64,000 nucleotides of DNA from Gemmatimonadota bacterium (GTDB lineage Bacteria > Latescibacterota > UBA2968 > UBA8231). The stretch's first letter is position 1. The number at the start of each line of letters is the position of its first letter. The stretch lies in assembly GCA_038128265.1 (NCBI GenBank), contig JAYPJE010000005.1, forward strand, positions 1-64,000, in the 5' to 3' direction. Positions 19,369 to 28,592 of the stretch are shown in pieces. The notes beneath the pieces are model-generated. The model saw only the letters and a list, made by a program, of their open reading frames with translations, searched no databases and was not told where the DNA came from. Made by a program: the position numbers and the translations under genes.

Positions 19369-20799
19369 CTATGGATCCACCGCCTGCTCCTTGGCCTTGC
19401 GGCCCATTTCCGATGCATCGATTTCGTGCTTGAGCAATAGCCTGTGCAGCGAGCGGCGATCTATGCCGCTATGCGCGGCCGCACGCGAGATATTACCCCC
19501 GTTCCGAATGAGCACTTCGGCAATATAGCGCCGCTCAAAATCCTCCACTATAAGTGCTTTCGCCTCTTTAAAAGGCTGCTCCATATACAGCTGTGGAACT
19601 AGGGAATCTGCGGCATCGGCACGCGACGCACATACGGCCTGGGGCAGATCTTCTGGCTCGACCATATCCCCGCTGGCCAGCACGAGCCCGCGCTCTACAG
19701 CGTGCTCTAACTCACGCACATTCCCCTTCCACTCATAGGAACGCATCAGGCGCAGCGCCTCAGGCGAAATACCAGCGACATACTTGCCATTCTTTTCGCC
19801 GTATTTTTGCAGAAAGTGATTGGCCAATAGCTCGATATCGTCACGCCGATCTTTCAGCGAAGGAATTTCAATCGTAAACGTATTGACGCGGTAGTAGAGA
19901 TCCTCGCGAAAGGTCCCTTCGGCCACCAGATCTTCCAATGCTCTATTTGTGGCGCTGACCAGTCGAATGTCGACTGCGCGCTCGTCGTTGCTGCCCAGGC
20001 GACGGAAGGTGCCGTCCTGCAAAACGCGCAGAAATTTCACCTGCATCAGAGCCGGCAATTCGCCGATCTCGTCCATAAAGAAGGTGCCACCATTGGCCGT
20101 CTCTAGCAGGCCGGGTTTGGACTTAGCCGCGCCGGTAAAAGCCCCGCGCTCATGACCGAAAATTTCGCTCTCTACGAGATGCTCGGGGATAGCCCCGCAG
20201 TTGAGCGCGACAAAGGGACGGTTGCTGCGCGAAGAGCGCGCGTGAATGGCGCGCGCGATAAGCTCCTTGCCCGTACCCGACGCGCCTGTAACCAGCACGT
20301 TTATTTGCGAATCGGCGATTTTGCGCATCGAGTCGAAAATGGCGACCATTGGCGGGCTCTTGCCGATGATATTGTCGAATCCGTACTGTTGGTCGAGCTG
20401 TTTTTTCAAATGGCGGTTTTCCTCGTGCAGCTGGCGCTTGGCCAAAACCTTCTGCACGACGATGAGCAGATGTTCCGGAGAAAAGGGTTTGGGCACAAAG
20501 TCATCCGCCCCCAAGCGCATCGCCTCAACCGCATCCTGCACGGTGCTGTAAGCCGTCATCATAATGGCCTGTACATCGGGGAACTGCTCTTTGGCGCGCT
20601 CGAGCAGCTCCATACCGCTCATGCCGGGCATTTTAAGATCGGTAATTAGCAGATGCGGTTCGCCTGCGGCGATTCGCTCCAGCGCCTCGACCCCATTGGC
20701 CGCGATATCGACCTCATAGCCCTTGCTCTTTAGAAGCTGCTGACAGCGCATCGCCAGCTCAACTTCGTCATCGACTACCAATATTCGTTCACTACTCAT
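19369..20799 (-). CDS. sigma54-dependent response regulator (NtrC family: REC-AAA+-Fis HTH)
   Basis: ILVVDDE/DLKMP receiver; GASGTGKE Walker A; ESEIFGHERGAFTGA; FREDLYYR; WKGNVRELE; HTH GNISRAAAHSGIDRRSLHRLL. Confidence 0.96.
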   Translation of the reverse strand: MSSERILVVDDEVELAMRCQQLLKSKGYEVDIAANGVEALERIAAGEPHLLITDLKMPGMSGMELLERAKEQFPDVQAIMMTAYSTVQDAVEAMRLGADDFVPKPFSPEHLLIVVQKVLAKRQLHEENRHLKKQLDQQYGFDNIIGKSPPMVAIFDSMRKIADSQINVLVTGASGTGKELIARAIHARSSRSNRPFVALNCGAIPEHLVESEIFGHERGAFTGAAKSKPGLLETANGGTFFMDEIGELPALMQVKFLRVLQDGTFRRLGSNDERAVDIRLVSATNRALEDLVAEGTFREDLYYRVNTFTIEIPSLKDRRDDIELLANHFLQKYGEKNGKYVAGISPEALRLMRSYEWKGNVRELEHAVERGLVLASGDMVEPEDLPQAVCASRADAADSLVPQLYMEQPFKEAKALIVEDFERRYIAEVLIRNGGNISRAAAHSGIDRRSLHRLLLKHEIDASEMGRKAKEQAVDP

Positions 20800-20893
20800 G
20801 CGTTTTCTCCGCGTTCCACTGCACTGCGCGATCCCCATACAGTCGCGATAGAGAACGGGCAGCGGCGGACGTTAATTTCCTACTTCGTGCTTA

Positions 20894-21730
20894 TCACAAG
20901 GCTTCTTCAGGCCGTAACGCGTCGATCGCCGCGTGCAGTTCTTCGCTGGGAGATTCCAGCAGCTGCAGGTGAAAAACTCCCCCCTTGGCCAGCGCTTCCA
21001 CATGCAGGACTTGGGCTGTAGTGGGCGGTAGCCACACATCCGGATCCGCAGACCAAAATGCCAGCGAATCGCCAACCTCCAGCGCAAGATCGGCGTGCAG
21101 CGCCGCACCGCCCTCGCTCAAATCGACGACTGTGCCCTCAAATTGTTCGCCTTCGTCCCATTCGCCTTCGGACTCTTTAGCCATCAAACCCGGCACAATC
21201 CAAACGGGCAAGTGCATCTCCACGCGCTCGAACGCCCGTTCCTCAATATGACCTCTAGCGCCCAGTTTTCTGCCCATTCCGCGCAGCAAGTGCAGCTCGC
21301 GTTCGCGGCGCAGCGCGCGCTTTTTCAGCTCGCAGGCCAATCGACGACGCCCAGCATCCGTATCCAGCAGTTGGGCCATCCGCTGCGGTGACACCTTTTC
21401 AGCCGCCGATTCGAGCAGGTGAATCTCGGCGCGTTGAAATCCCATCTTGGCCGCATGCTCCCTGAAACTTGGCTGCCTCTTGGTTTCCGAACCGCCGCTC
21501 TTGCTCGCCGGCCGCCGTTCCCTGTATTTCTGGTATAGTGCAATGATGAGTATCAATGCGGCAACTGTCAGCAGAACGGGCATTAGTTCTTGCCCCGAGG
21601 TTCCCAGACTACCCGAGCTTTTGATCTCGATTTGTTTGAGCGCCTTGGAATAGCTCTGATCCACGGCCCAAACGCGACCCGCCCCAATCCCAAGACCGAT
21701 CCAGACGATATGCCACCAAAGAGCGTTCAC
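20894..21730 (-). CDS. Membrane-anchored PilZ-domain (c-di-GMP receptor) protein
   Basis: N-terminal signal plus TM helix; RAFER (RxxxR) and DLSEGG (DxSxGG) PilZ motifs; GGAGGAG RBS. Confidence 0.8.
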   Translation of the reverse strand: MNALWWHIVWIGLGIGAGRVWAVDQSYSKALKQIEIKSSGSLGTSGQELMPVLLTVAALILIIALYQKYRERRPASKSGGSETKRQPSFREHAAKMGFQRAEIHLLESAAEKVSPQRMAQLLDTDAGRRRLACELKKRALRRERELHLLRGMGRKLGARGHIEERAFERVEMHLPVWIVPGLMAKESEGEWDEGEQFEGTVVDLSEGGAALHADLALEVGDSLAFWSADPDVWLPPTTAQVLHVEALAKGGVFHLQLLESPSEELHAAIDALRPEEAL

Positions 21731-21778
21731 ACCAGACTCCTCCGAAAAGAGTGCGTTGATCCTCTATCTCTTTCCGTG

Positions 21779-21793
21779 GCAATTTTCGTGCCG
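21779..21793 (-). promoter_or_regulatory. sigma54 promoter of the PilZ-NtrC unit
   Basis: Minus strand CGGCACGAAAATTGC (GG-N10-GC). Confidence 0.8.
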
Positions 21794-21834
21794 AGTATAA
21801 ACCCCCTATTTACGCCCAAATGTCGCGCATTTTA

Positions 21835-21882
21835 TGAGACAAGCATGGCACAAATATAGCGAAATGAGACATACTTGTCTCA
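21835..21882. promoter_or_regulatory. Tandem enhancer-like palindromes
   Basis: TGAGAC-AAGCAT-GGCACA (21835) and perfect TGAGAC-ATACTT-GTCTCA (21865), 30 bp apart. Confidence 0.75.
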
Positions 21883-24018
21883 TTTTAATCCCTCGCTCGA
21901 CGGCTGCGCCATACGCACGCTGTCTGCCGTGAAGGGCATGTCACGCAGTCTTGCTCCACAGGCCGCATAGACGGCGTTGGCAATGGCGGCCGGCGTCGGT
22001 CCCTGCGTAGCTTCACCACAGCCCTTGCTGGGCTGGTCGGGGCGGTTAATCAGCACCGTGTCGACTTGGGGGGCCCGATCAAAGCGCAGGATGGGATACG
22101 CATCCCAGTCGCGGCTTTCTACGCCCCAGGCGCCGTAGCGCACCTGCTCGCACAGCGTCCAACTGGCTGCCTGCACGACGCCCCCTTCGAGTTGGTTGGC
22201 CATGCCGTCCGGATTGACAATCTGCCCCGCATCGGCTGCGACGACCAGGCGTTCTAGCCGAATATCTCCGTCGATCACCTGCACCTGCGCAACAACGGCA
22301 GCATAGCACTTTTCGTTCTTATACTGGGCAAAACCGAGGCCCATGCCACGCCCATCTTCGGACCCACCCCTCTGCACACCGCGCTTCCATCCCGCCTTTT
22401 CTGCGGCCGCTTTCAGCACCGCGCAGGCGCGCTCATCGTCCAAGTGGCGCAGGCGAAAGTCCAGCGGGTCGCATTCGGCCGCCAGGGCGAGCTCGTCCAT
22501 AAAGGATTCAATGGCAAAAACGTTGCCGTAGGCACCCAAACCGCGCAGCGCCGATACGCGCAGCGGATTATCGCGCACAAAGTGCTTGACCACGCGGCGA
22601 CGGGCAAAGGCGTAGAGGGGATCGGCATTGCGGTGAATGCCGCCGTGCGAACCGCCCCCGGGGCGCGGCGTGGGGCGCGGCAAGGGCTTTTGCAGATGCC
22701 ATGCCGCCAGCAAATTCGACGTGCCCTCCGCAGCGCGCGGTCGTCCCGAATGCGTATAGCTCCACACGTCGTGGTTCCAATCGACGACGCGCCCCTCTGC
22801 GTCGAGGCTGGCCTGCATCTCCAGCAGCATCGCCGAGCCACAGGCTTCCCAGGCGTGCTCGTCTTCGCGCGTCCACTGCACGCGCACCGGTCTTCCCGGC
22901 ACGGCGCGCGCCAGAAGCGCCGCATCGAGCGCCACGTCGTCGGCACCGTTGTGACCGTAGCAGCCCGACCCTTCTACGTGCTGCACGCGCACGGCATCCA
23001 CATCCACGCCCAGCACCTGGGCCAACGCGCCGCGCAGCGGGAAAACGCCCTGCGTATGACTCCACACCAGCACGTTGCCACCGCGCCATTCGGCCAGCGC
23101 TGCCGAAGGCCCTAAAGAGGCATGTAGGTGAAAAGGCCGACGGTAGCACGCCCGCAGCGTCTCGACCGCATCCGGCGGCACGCACGGTTCGTCCACGACG
23201 CCCTCTACCGGTGTGCCATCAATCACGCGCAGGGCATTCCCCTCACCGTGCCGCAGTCGTTCGTAGAGCGCTTCAGAGGGCGGCAGCGGATCGCCTCTCT
23301 TCCACACGGCCCGATCCCGAGCCGCCGCCGATGCAGCCATCGCCTGTTCCTCGCGCTCGGCAACAACGCCGAGAAAGCTGCCATCGCGCACGACGGCCAG
23401 CACGCCGGGCAGCTGTTCTAGGGCCGCGCAATCGACATCGATCAGCGCGTGGCGCGGCCCCGGGGGACGCACCACGCGCCCGTGCACCATGCCGGGCAAG
23501 TCCAAATCCTGTATAAACCCACCGCCGCCCGTAACCTTGGCGACCATATCCGTGCCGCGCACATCGCTGCCGACGATGCGGTATGCGCTCGGGTCTTTGC
23601 AGTGCACATCGTCAATCAGGGCGCGATTAAATGTCCTCCCTCCCATCAGTTCGCCGTAACCTATTTTGCGCGCGCCGCCGCGCTCAACGATCCATCCATT
23701 CTCCACGTGCAGCGCATCTACTCCGACGCCCCATGTATCGGCTACCTCCCCCATCATATAGCAGCGCGCACTGGCCGCCGCGCGGCGCACCCACTCTCCC
23801 ACGGTCTGGATCGAATTGCTGCCCGCCGTATAGGAAGCATCGGCCGAGACCGCCGTATCGGCCCGCACGATGCGCACGCGCGAGAAGTCTACGTCCAATT
23901 CTTCCGCGGCAATTTGGGCAATGGCGACTTTCAAGCCCTGGCCAACTTCGACTTTACTCATAAACACGCTGACGCAGCCGTCCTCCTCTATGCGCAGTGC
24001 CGCATCGATGCCGCTCAT
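21880..24018 (-). CDS. Molybdopterin-binding subunit of a xanthine-oxidase-family hydroxylase (IorB/NicB-like)
   Basis: KVEVGQG..AQIAAEELDV, GSGCYGHNG, LRGLGAYGNVFAIESFMDELA, NQLEGGVVQ, GCGEATQGP. Start at 24018 overlaps the upstream stop. Confidence 0.92.
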   Translation of the reverse strand: MSGIDAALRIEEDGCVSVFMSKVEVGQGLKVAIAQIAAEELDVDFSRVRIVRADTAVSADASYTAGSNSIQTVGEWVRRAAASARCYMMGEVADTWGVGVDALHVENGWIVERGGARKIGYGELMGGRTFNRALIDDVHCKDPSAYRIVGSDVRGTDMVAKVTGGGGFIQDLDLPGMVHGRVVRPPGPRHALIDVDCAALEQLPGVLAVVRDGSFLGVVAEREEQAMAASAAARDRAVWKRGDPLPPSEALYERLRHGEGNALRVIDGTPVEGVVDEPCVPPDAVETLRACYRRPFHLHASLGPSAALAEWRGGNVLVWSHTQGVFPLRGALAQVLGVDVDAVRVQHVEGSGCYGHNGADDVALDAALLARAVPGRPVRVQWTREDEHAWEACGSAMLLEMQASLDAEGRVVDWNHDVWSYTHSGRPRAAEGTSNLLAAWHLQKPLPRPTPRPGGGSHGGIHRNADPLYAFARRRVVKHFVRDNPLRVSALRGLGAYGNVFAIESFMDELALAAECDPLDFRLRHLDDERACAVLKAAAEKAGWKRGVQRGGSEDGRGMGLGFAQYKNEKCYAAVVAQVQVIDGDIRLERLVVAADAGQIVNPDGMANQLEGGVVQAASWTLCEQVRYGAWGVESRDWDAYPILRFDRAPQVDTVLINRPDQPSKGCGEATQGPTPAAIANAVYAACGARLRDMPFTADSVRMAQPSSEGLK

Positions 24019-24485
24019 TGGGCCATCTCCTCTGCGGCGCGCCGGACGGCCTTGAGCACCCGACTGTGCACTCCGCAGCGGCACAGATGGCGCTCCAGCG
24101 CAGCGCCAATCTCCGCGTTGGTCGGATGTGGATTTTTTTCGAGCAGAGCCACCGCACCGATGACCAAACCAGCCGTGCAATAGCCGCACTGCGCCGCGCC
24201 CTCTTCGACAAAGGCGCGCTGCACCGGATGCAAATGGTCCGCCGTACCCAGGCCCTCTACCGTGACGATTTCTCGGCCCACAGCCGCGCGCACCGGCATC
24301 TTGCACGACGGCAGCGCCTCCCCGTCAATTAGCACCTTACACGCCCCACACTGCTCTAAACCGCAGCCGTATTTGGCGCCTTTCAGCCCCAAATCATTGC
24401 GCAGCGCGTAGAGCAGCGGCCCATCCGGGTCCATGTCGACTTCGCGTTCACTACCGTTGACGCGCAGTTGCACTATTTCACTCAT
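24015..24485 (-). CDS. 2x[2Fe-2S] small subunit (IorA/NicA/CoxS-like)
   Basis: GCGLEQCGAC...C, QCGYC and HLCRCG motifs. Confidence 0.95.
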   Translation of the reverse strand: MSEIVQLRVNGSEREVDMDPDGPLLYALRNDLGLKGAKYGCGLEQCGACKVLIDGEALPSCKMPVRAAVGREIVTVEGLGTADHLHPVQRAFVEEGAAQCGYCTAGLVIGAVALLEKNPHPTNAEIGAALERHLCRCGVHSRVLKAVRRAAEEMAQ

Positions 24486-24558
24486 GCCTCGCTCCGTCTT
24501 TCGCCATGCAAGTTATGTGGGTAAATGGTATCTACAGCGCACGTCGACCTCGTCGCGC

Positions 24559-25824
24559 TCACTTAGCGCGGCTGCGCCGTTTGAGGCGCGTTATAATGCG
24601 TCCCACGGACTCGACGACGCGCCCCTGTGCACCGATGCGCTTATAGAGCACCTGTGCCTGTTCCAGCGCATCTAATGCTTCGGCACTGCGGCGCTGACGG
24701 GCCAGAGCAGAGCCCATATTGGTCAGCGTGCGCGCCTGGCCCAATACGTTACCCGCCTTAGCATGCACTTTCAACGCCGCCTCATAGTCGCGCAGGGCAC
24801 TCTCCAAATCCCCCTGCCTGAAGTGCAAATTACCGATATTGACCTTGGCGCTGGCCTCGCCCAGCAGATCGCCAGACTGCCGACACAGCGTCGATGACTC
24901 CTCGTAGGAAATCAGCGCACCCTGCAAGTCTCTACGCTTAAATCGCGCATTGCCCTGTAGCATACGCGCATGGGCCAGACCGCTGGTACTGCGCGCCTGT
25001 CGATAGAGTTCGACCGCCCGGTCGAGCGTAGCCAGCGCCTCGTCGGGATCCCCGCTTTCGACCTGAATATAGCCGCGACAGGCCTGGGCGTTGGCCCGTC
25101 CCAGCAGCCCACCGCTGTGGCGGTGGGCGCGCACGGCTTCAGCCAAAAGCCGCCTAGCCGCTTCGTACTCTCCCCGGTGCACGCGCGCATTGGCCGCATT
25201 GATCAACGCATCGCCGCGGCCACGGCCGTCTCCTTCGCGCTGGAATAGCTCAGCCGCCGATTCGTAGTGGGCCAGCGCTTCGTTCAGATTGCCCTGGCGC
25301 GCGTCGAGCATGCCACAAACCGCGTGCAAAGCGGCTTCGATAAGCCGACTCTGCAAGCGACGAGCGGGCAGTTGGGCCTCTTCCAGCACGCTGCGCGCGC
25401 GGCCAAAGTCGGCAACGTGAATCAGTGCCGCTCCAGCATTGAGCGCCGCGGCGGGGTGTTCGCTGTCAGCATAGGCGCGTAGAAAGGACTCGGCAGCCTC
25501 GGCGTAGCGCGCACCGCGAAACAGTCTTTCGCCCTGCGCAAAATCCCCCCCATCGCTTCTTCTGCTATAGGCGGGCAACGCGTGTACGGTAGCAATCTGT
25601 AGTATGTCTCCGCCCGTTCCCTGCGCTGAAACAACCCTGCGGCGATTCTCTTCGCCTAGGTTGCGCAGCACGAAAAACGCCGCCCAACTGACGACAACTG
25701 CCATCAGTAGCGGCGAGCGAAGCGGCACGATAAACGACCAAATGGGCATCTCGGCCAACAGCGCAACGAGCACGGCAGTCACGCTCAGCGCAATACACAG
25801 GCGCAGCAGCGCCGGCTGCACCAT
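24559..25824 (-). CDS. Membrane-anchored tetratricopeptide repeat protein
   Basis: Two N-terminal TM helices followed by ~40-aa TPR-like repeats (e.g. GEASAKVNIGNLHFRQGDLESALRDYEAAL). Confidence 0.85.
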   Translation of the reverse strand: MVQPALLRLCIALSVTAVLVALLAEMPIWSFIVPLRSPLLMAVVVSWAAFFVLRNLGEENRRRVVSAQGTGGDILQIATVHALPAYSRRSDGGDFAQGERLFRGARYAEAAESFLRAYADSEHPAAALNAGAALIHVADFGRARSVLEEAQLPARRLQSRLIEAALHAVCGMLDARQGNLNEALAHYESAAELFQREGDGRGRGDALINAANARVHRGEYEAARRLLAEAVRAHRHSGGLLGRANAQACRGYIQVESGDPDEALATLDRAVELYRQARSTSGLAHARMLQGNARFKRRDLQGALISYEESSTLCRQSGDLLGEASAKVNIGNLHFRQGDLESALRDYEAALKVHAKAGNVLGQARTLTNMGSALARQRRSAEALDALEQAQVLYKRIGAQGRVVESVGRIITRLKRRSRAK

Positions 25825-26085
25825 TTTTTTAAAATGATTGATATCCACTCGACGGCAACGCGTTTTCCCTTCGCTCCGTTGCAAAGGCGTTCCTATTGTA
25901 CAAAAACGCTCCGCTCACGCACAGCTAAAAAATGGGCACGCCGCAGGACCACGCGCCTTAAACCACGCCGATTGACCAGCGGCAGCGCTTTACCCAATCG
26001 ACGCTTTTTATTAGAATGCCCTCTTGCGCTGCGACCCATAGCGGCCCGGGACAGCGGCTATTTCACCGATGGAAGGCAAACGAAC

Positions 26086-26850
26086 GTGAGCGAACGAGCC
26101 CCCATTTCACAGCGCGTGCTGGTCACCGGTGCCAGCGGCGCCATCGGCACACCCCTCTGCAGGCACTTGCTGGCACGCGGACACCGCGTGCGCGGGCTTT
26201 CCTTAGAGGCCCATCCCGATCTCGACGACCACATAACGGGCGACCTGAGCGACGCAGACGCCGTGCGCCGCGCCACGACTGACATCGACGCAGTTATTCA
26301 CCTGGGCGCCTATCCCAACAACGCCGACTTCATAGATGTTCTTTTGGAACCCAATGTGCGCGGCCTGTATCACGTCTGCGCAGCGGCAGCTGAAAGCGGC
26401 GTTAAACGGCTCGTGCTAGCCTCTTCACTGCAGGTAATTAGCGGCCATCAGCGAGAGGGCATTATACGCATCGAAGACGGGGCCAAACCGACAAATCACT
26501 ACGCGCTGACTAAAGTATGGGCGGAAGATATCGGCGATATGTATGCGCGCGTACACGACCTGTCCGTCATCAACGTGCGCATCGGCTGGTACCCGCGCAA
26601 TACGGATGAGGCTCGGCGACTAGCCCAGTACGAACACGGGCCGCGCGTCTACTTTAGCCACGATGACGCCTGCCGTTTTTTTGAGCGCTGCGTCGAATCG
26701 AGCACACCCCAGGCCGGCCAATGCGCAACCGTCTTTGCCACCAGTGCACCCGCCGACTGGACGCGTCTAGACCTGACACCGGCGCGCGAAATACTCGGCT
26801 ATGAACCGCGCGATACTTGGCCCCAGGGCATACCCTTTCCCCACGAATAG
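26086..26850 (+). CDS. NAD-dependent epimerase/dehydratase family (uronate dehydrogenase-like)
   Basis: VLVTGASGAIG, YALTK (YxxxK), NVRIGW. GTG start inferred. Confidence 0.88.
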   Translation: MSERAPISQRVLVTGASGAIGTPLCRHLLARGHRVRGLSLEAHPDLDDHITGDLSDADAVRRATTDIDAVIHLGAYPNNADFIDVLLEPNVRGLYHVCAAAAESGVKRLVLASSLQVISGHQREGIIRIEDGAKPTNHYALTKVWAEDIGDMYARVHDLSVINVRIGWYPRNTDEARRLAQYEHGPRVYFSHDDACRFFERCVESSTPQAGQCATVFATSAPADWTRLDLTPAREILGYEPRDTWPQGIPFPHE

Positions 26851-26971
26851 AACGCCTCCTAAACCGACTCTTACCCATCGAGCAGTCTAGTTCGTCTCTA
26901 TACTGCGATTGCTTGACGCCGGATCGCTAGCACCGTACCTTGCTGGCCCGACTCCAAGCCGCGATTTGCCC

Positions 26972-27565
26972 ATGAGCACGCTCGTCACGCCATCCGTAAT
27001 ATATCGCGAGAGCTTCCTGCAGGGCGCCGAAGATTTTTTTGCCGAAGGACGCCTCGATTCGACGTATAGTACCTATCTGGGCTATACTCTGCGTTCGCTA
27101 CAGGACCAGTTCGAGCAGTTCGTCTACGACCTATGCGCCTTGAGCAGAGCGACGCGCCGCCAAAGGGGATGGTACGTAGACCACGTATTCTGGCTCGTCG
27201 ACGATGAGGAATACATAGGTCAAGCATCGATCCGCCCCGAACTGTGCACGCCGTACTTGCTAACCTACGGAGGCCATATCGGCTACAGTATACGCCCTTC
27301 CAAGCGGCTTATGGGCTATGGCAAGACCATTCTCGAGCTGGCGCTCAGCCATTCGCATGCACTCGACCTGAACAGGGTCTTGGTCACCTGCGATGCCGAC
27401 AACGTCGGCTCGCGCAAGATTATCGAGCACAACGGCGGACAGTTTGAAAGCGCTATTCCCATGACCCAAAGCACGTTTCGCGCCGAGGGACGCGCCGGTG
27501 ACGAGCCGATGAAAAAGTTGCGCTACTGGATCGACCTGAGAAACTCGGAACCCGATCCGCGCTGA
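26972..27565 (+). CDS. GNAT family N-acetyltransferase
   Basis: GGHIGYSIRPSKRLMGYG, VLVTCDADNVGSRKIIEHNGG, RYWI. Confidence 0.92.
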   Translation: MSTLVTPSVIYRESFLQGAEDFFAEGRLDSTYSTYLGYTLRSLQDQFEQFVYDLCALSRATRRQRGWYVDHVFWLVDDEEYIGQASIRPELCTPYLLTYGGHIGYSIRPSKRLMGYGKTILELALSHSHALDLNRVLVTCDADNVGSRKIIEHNGGQFESAIPMTQSTFRAEGRAGDEPMKKLRYWIDLRNSEPDPR

Positions 27566-27618
27566 GGTGTGTACAGAGAGGCTGCATCTGCCCGTTGGAA
27601 CTTACCGAGAGGACTGCC

Positions 27619-28563
27619 TTGAAAACGCTGCTTTGCCTGCTGATACTTTGCGCTACGAGCGCTGCTCAATTCGATGAAAAGCAGTTTCGCCACGACGTGT
27701 TTATCGCGCTCTACGAAACCTTTGACGATGCGGAACCTGCGCATTCAGACGAATTTCTTGCGCGCCTATCGCGCGAAAGCCGCGTGCCTGAAAGTGAGCT
27801 GCGCACGCGCCTCGTCGCACTCATCGACACGCTAGACCAGTTGCGCAAAGACAAGAGTGCAACCTGGAAGACAATTGTCTTACAGGGCCAACCCGACATC
27901 GACGAAGAGCGCGCCGGCAAGCTCCTGCGCTATTTGGGCCAAGAAGGGCGCAAAGTGCTACAGGGTAAGGGCAACTACCTGCTCGATAGCGGCATCAACA
28001 AGGCCGCGCGCAAGTCAAAAACGCCCTTCTTTCAGAGTCGCACGTTTATTCTTAACAGCCTCGACTGGGCGCTATCGGACGATGTAGGTGGCCAAAAGCA
28101 AAAGGCCGTTGGCATCCTAGTCGGCGGGCAGACCAATCGCTTTGAAGTCGGCCTCGATCCGCTCTTCATATTCTTCAATACGCAGGACGAGGCCTTTGTG
28201 CGCGAGCAGGTGCGCGAAGTCCAGCGCTTTATCATACCTGCCCTCGTTCGGCGCCTACCCGAATCTGAGCGCATTTTATGGGCCGTGCGCGAGCGCGAAT
28301 CCAACGTGCTGGTGCAACCCGATTTCCACCTGGTCTTTGGCGTCGACAACTTCAACTTTGCAGGCTCCAATGCCGACCTGAAACCCTGCGTCGAACTGAC
28401 CGTCGAACTGCGCGCTTGGGAAAGCGAAGCGCTGCTGCTACAAGAGCCGTTCAGCTTTTGTAGCCAGGTCAACGGTTCGGCCAACGCCGACGAACTCGGT
28501 CCGTTCTGGAACGAGGCGGCAGATGCACTGCGCGAGTATATCGTTCAGTTTATGGAAAACTAG
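27619..28563 (+). CDS. Exported hypothetical protein
   Basis: TTG start after GAGAGG; signal peptide KTLLCLLILCATSAA; long ORF with no recognised motif. Confidence 0.75.
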   Translation: MKTLLCLLILCATSAAQFDEKQFRHDVFIALYETFDDAEPAHSDEFLARLSRESRVPESELRTRLVALIDTLDQLRKDKSATWKTIVLQGQPDIDEERAGKLLRYLGQEGRKVLQGKGNYLLDSGINKAARKSKTPFFQSRTFILNSLDWALSDDVGGQKQKAVGILVGGQTNRFEVGLDPLFIFFNTQDEAFVREQVREVQRFIIPALVRRLPESERILWAVRERESNVLVQPDFHLVFGVDNFNFAGSNADLKPCVELTVELRAWESEALLLQEPFSFCSQVNGSANADELGPFWNEAADALREYIVQFMEN

Positions 28564-28592
28564 TCCACACCGTCAGAAGAGATCCTGTCCCC

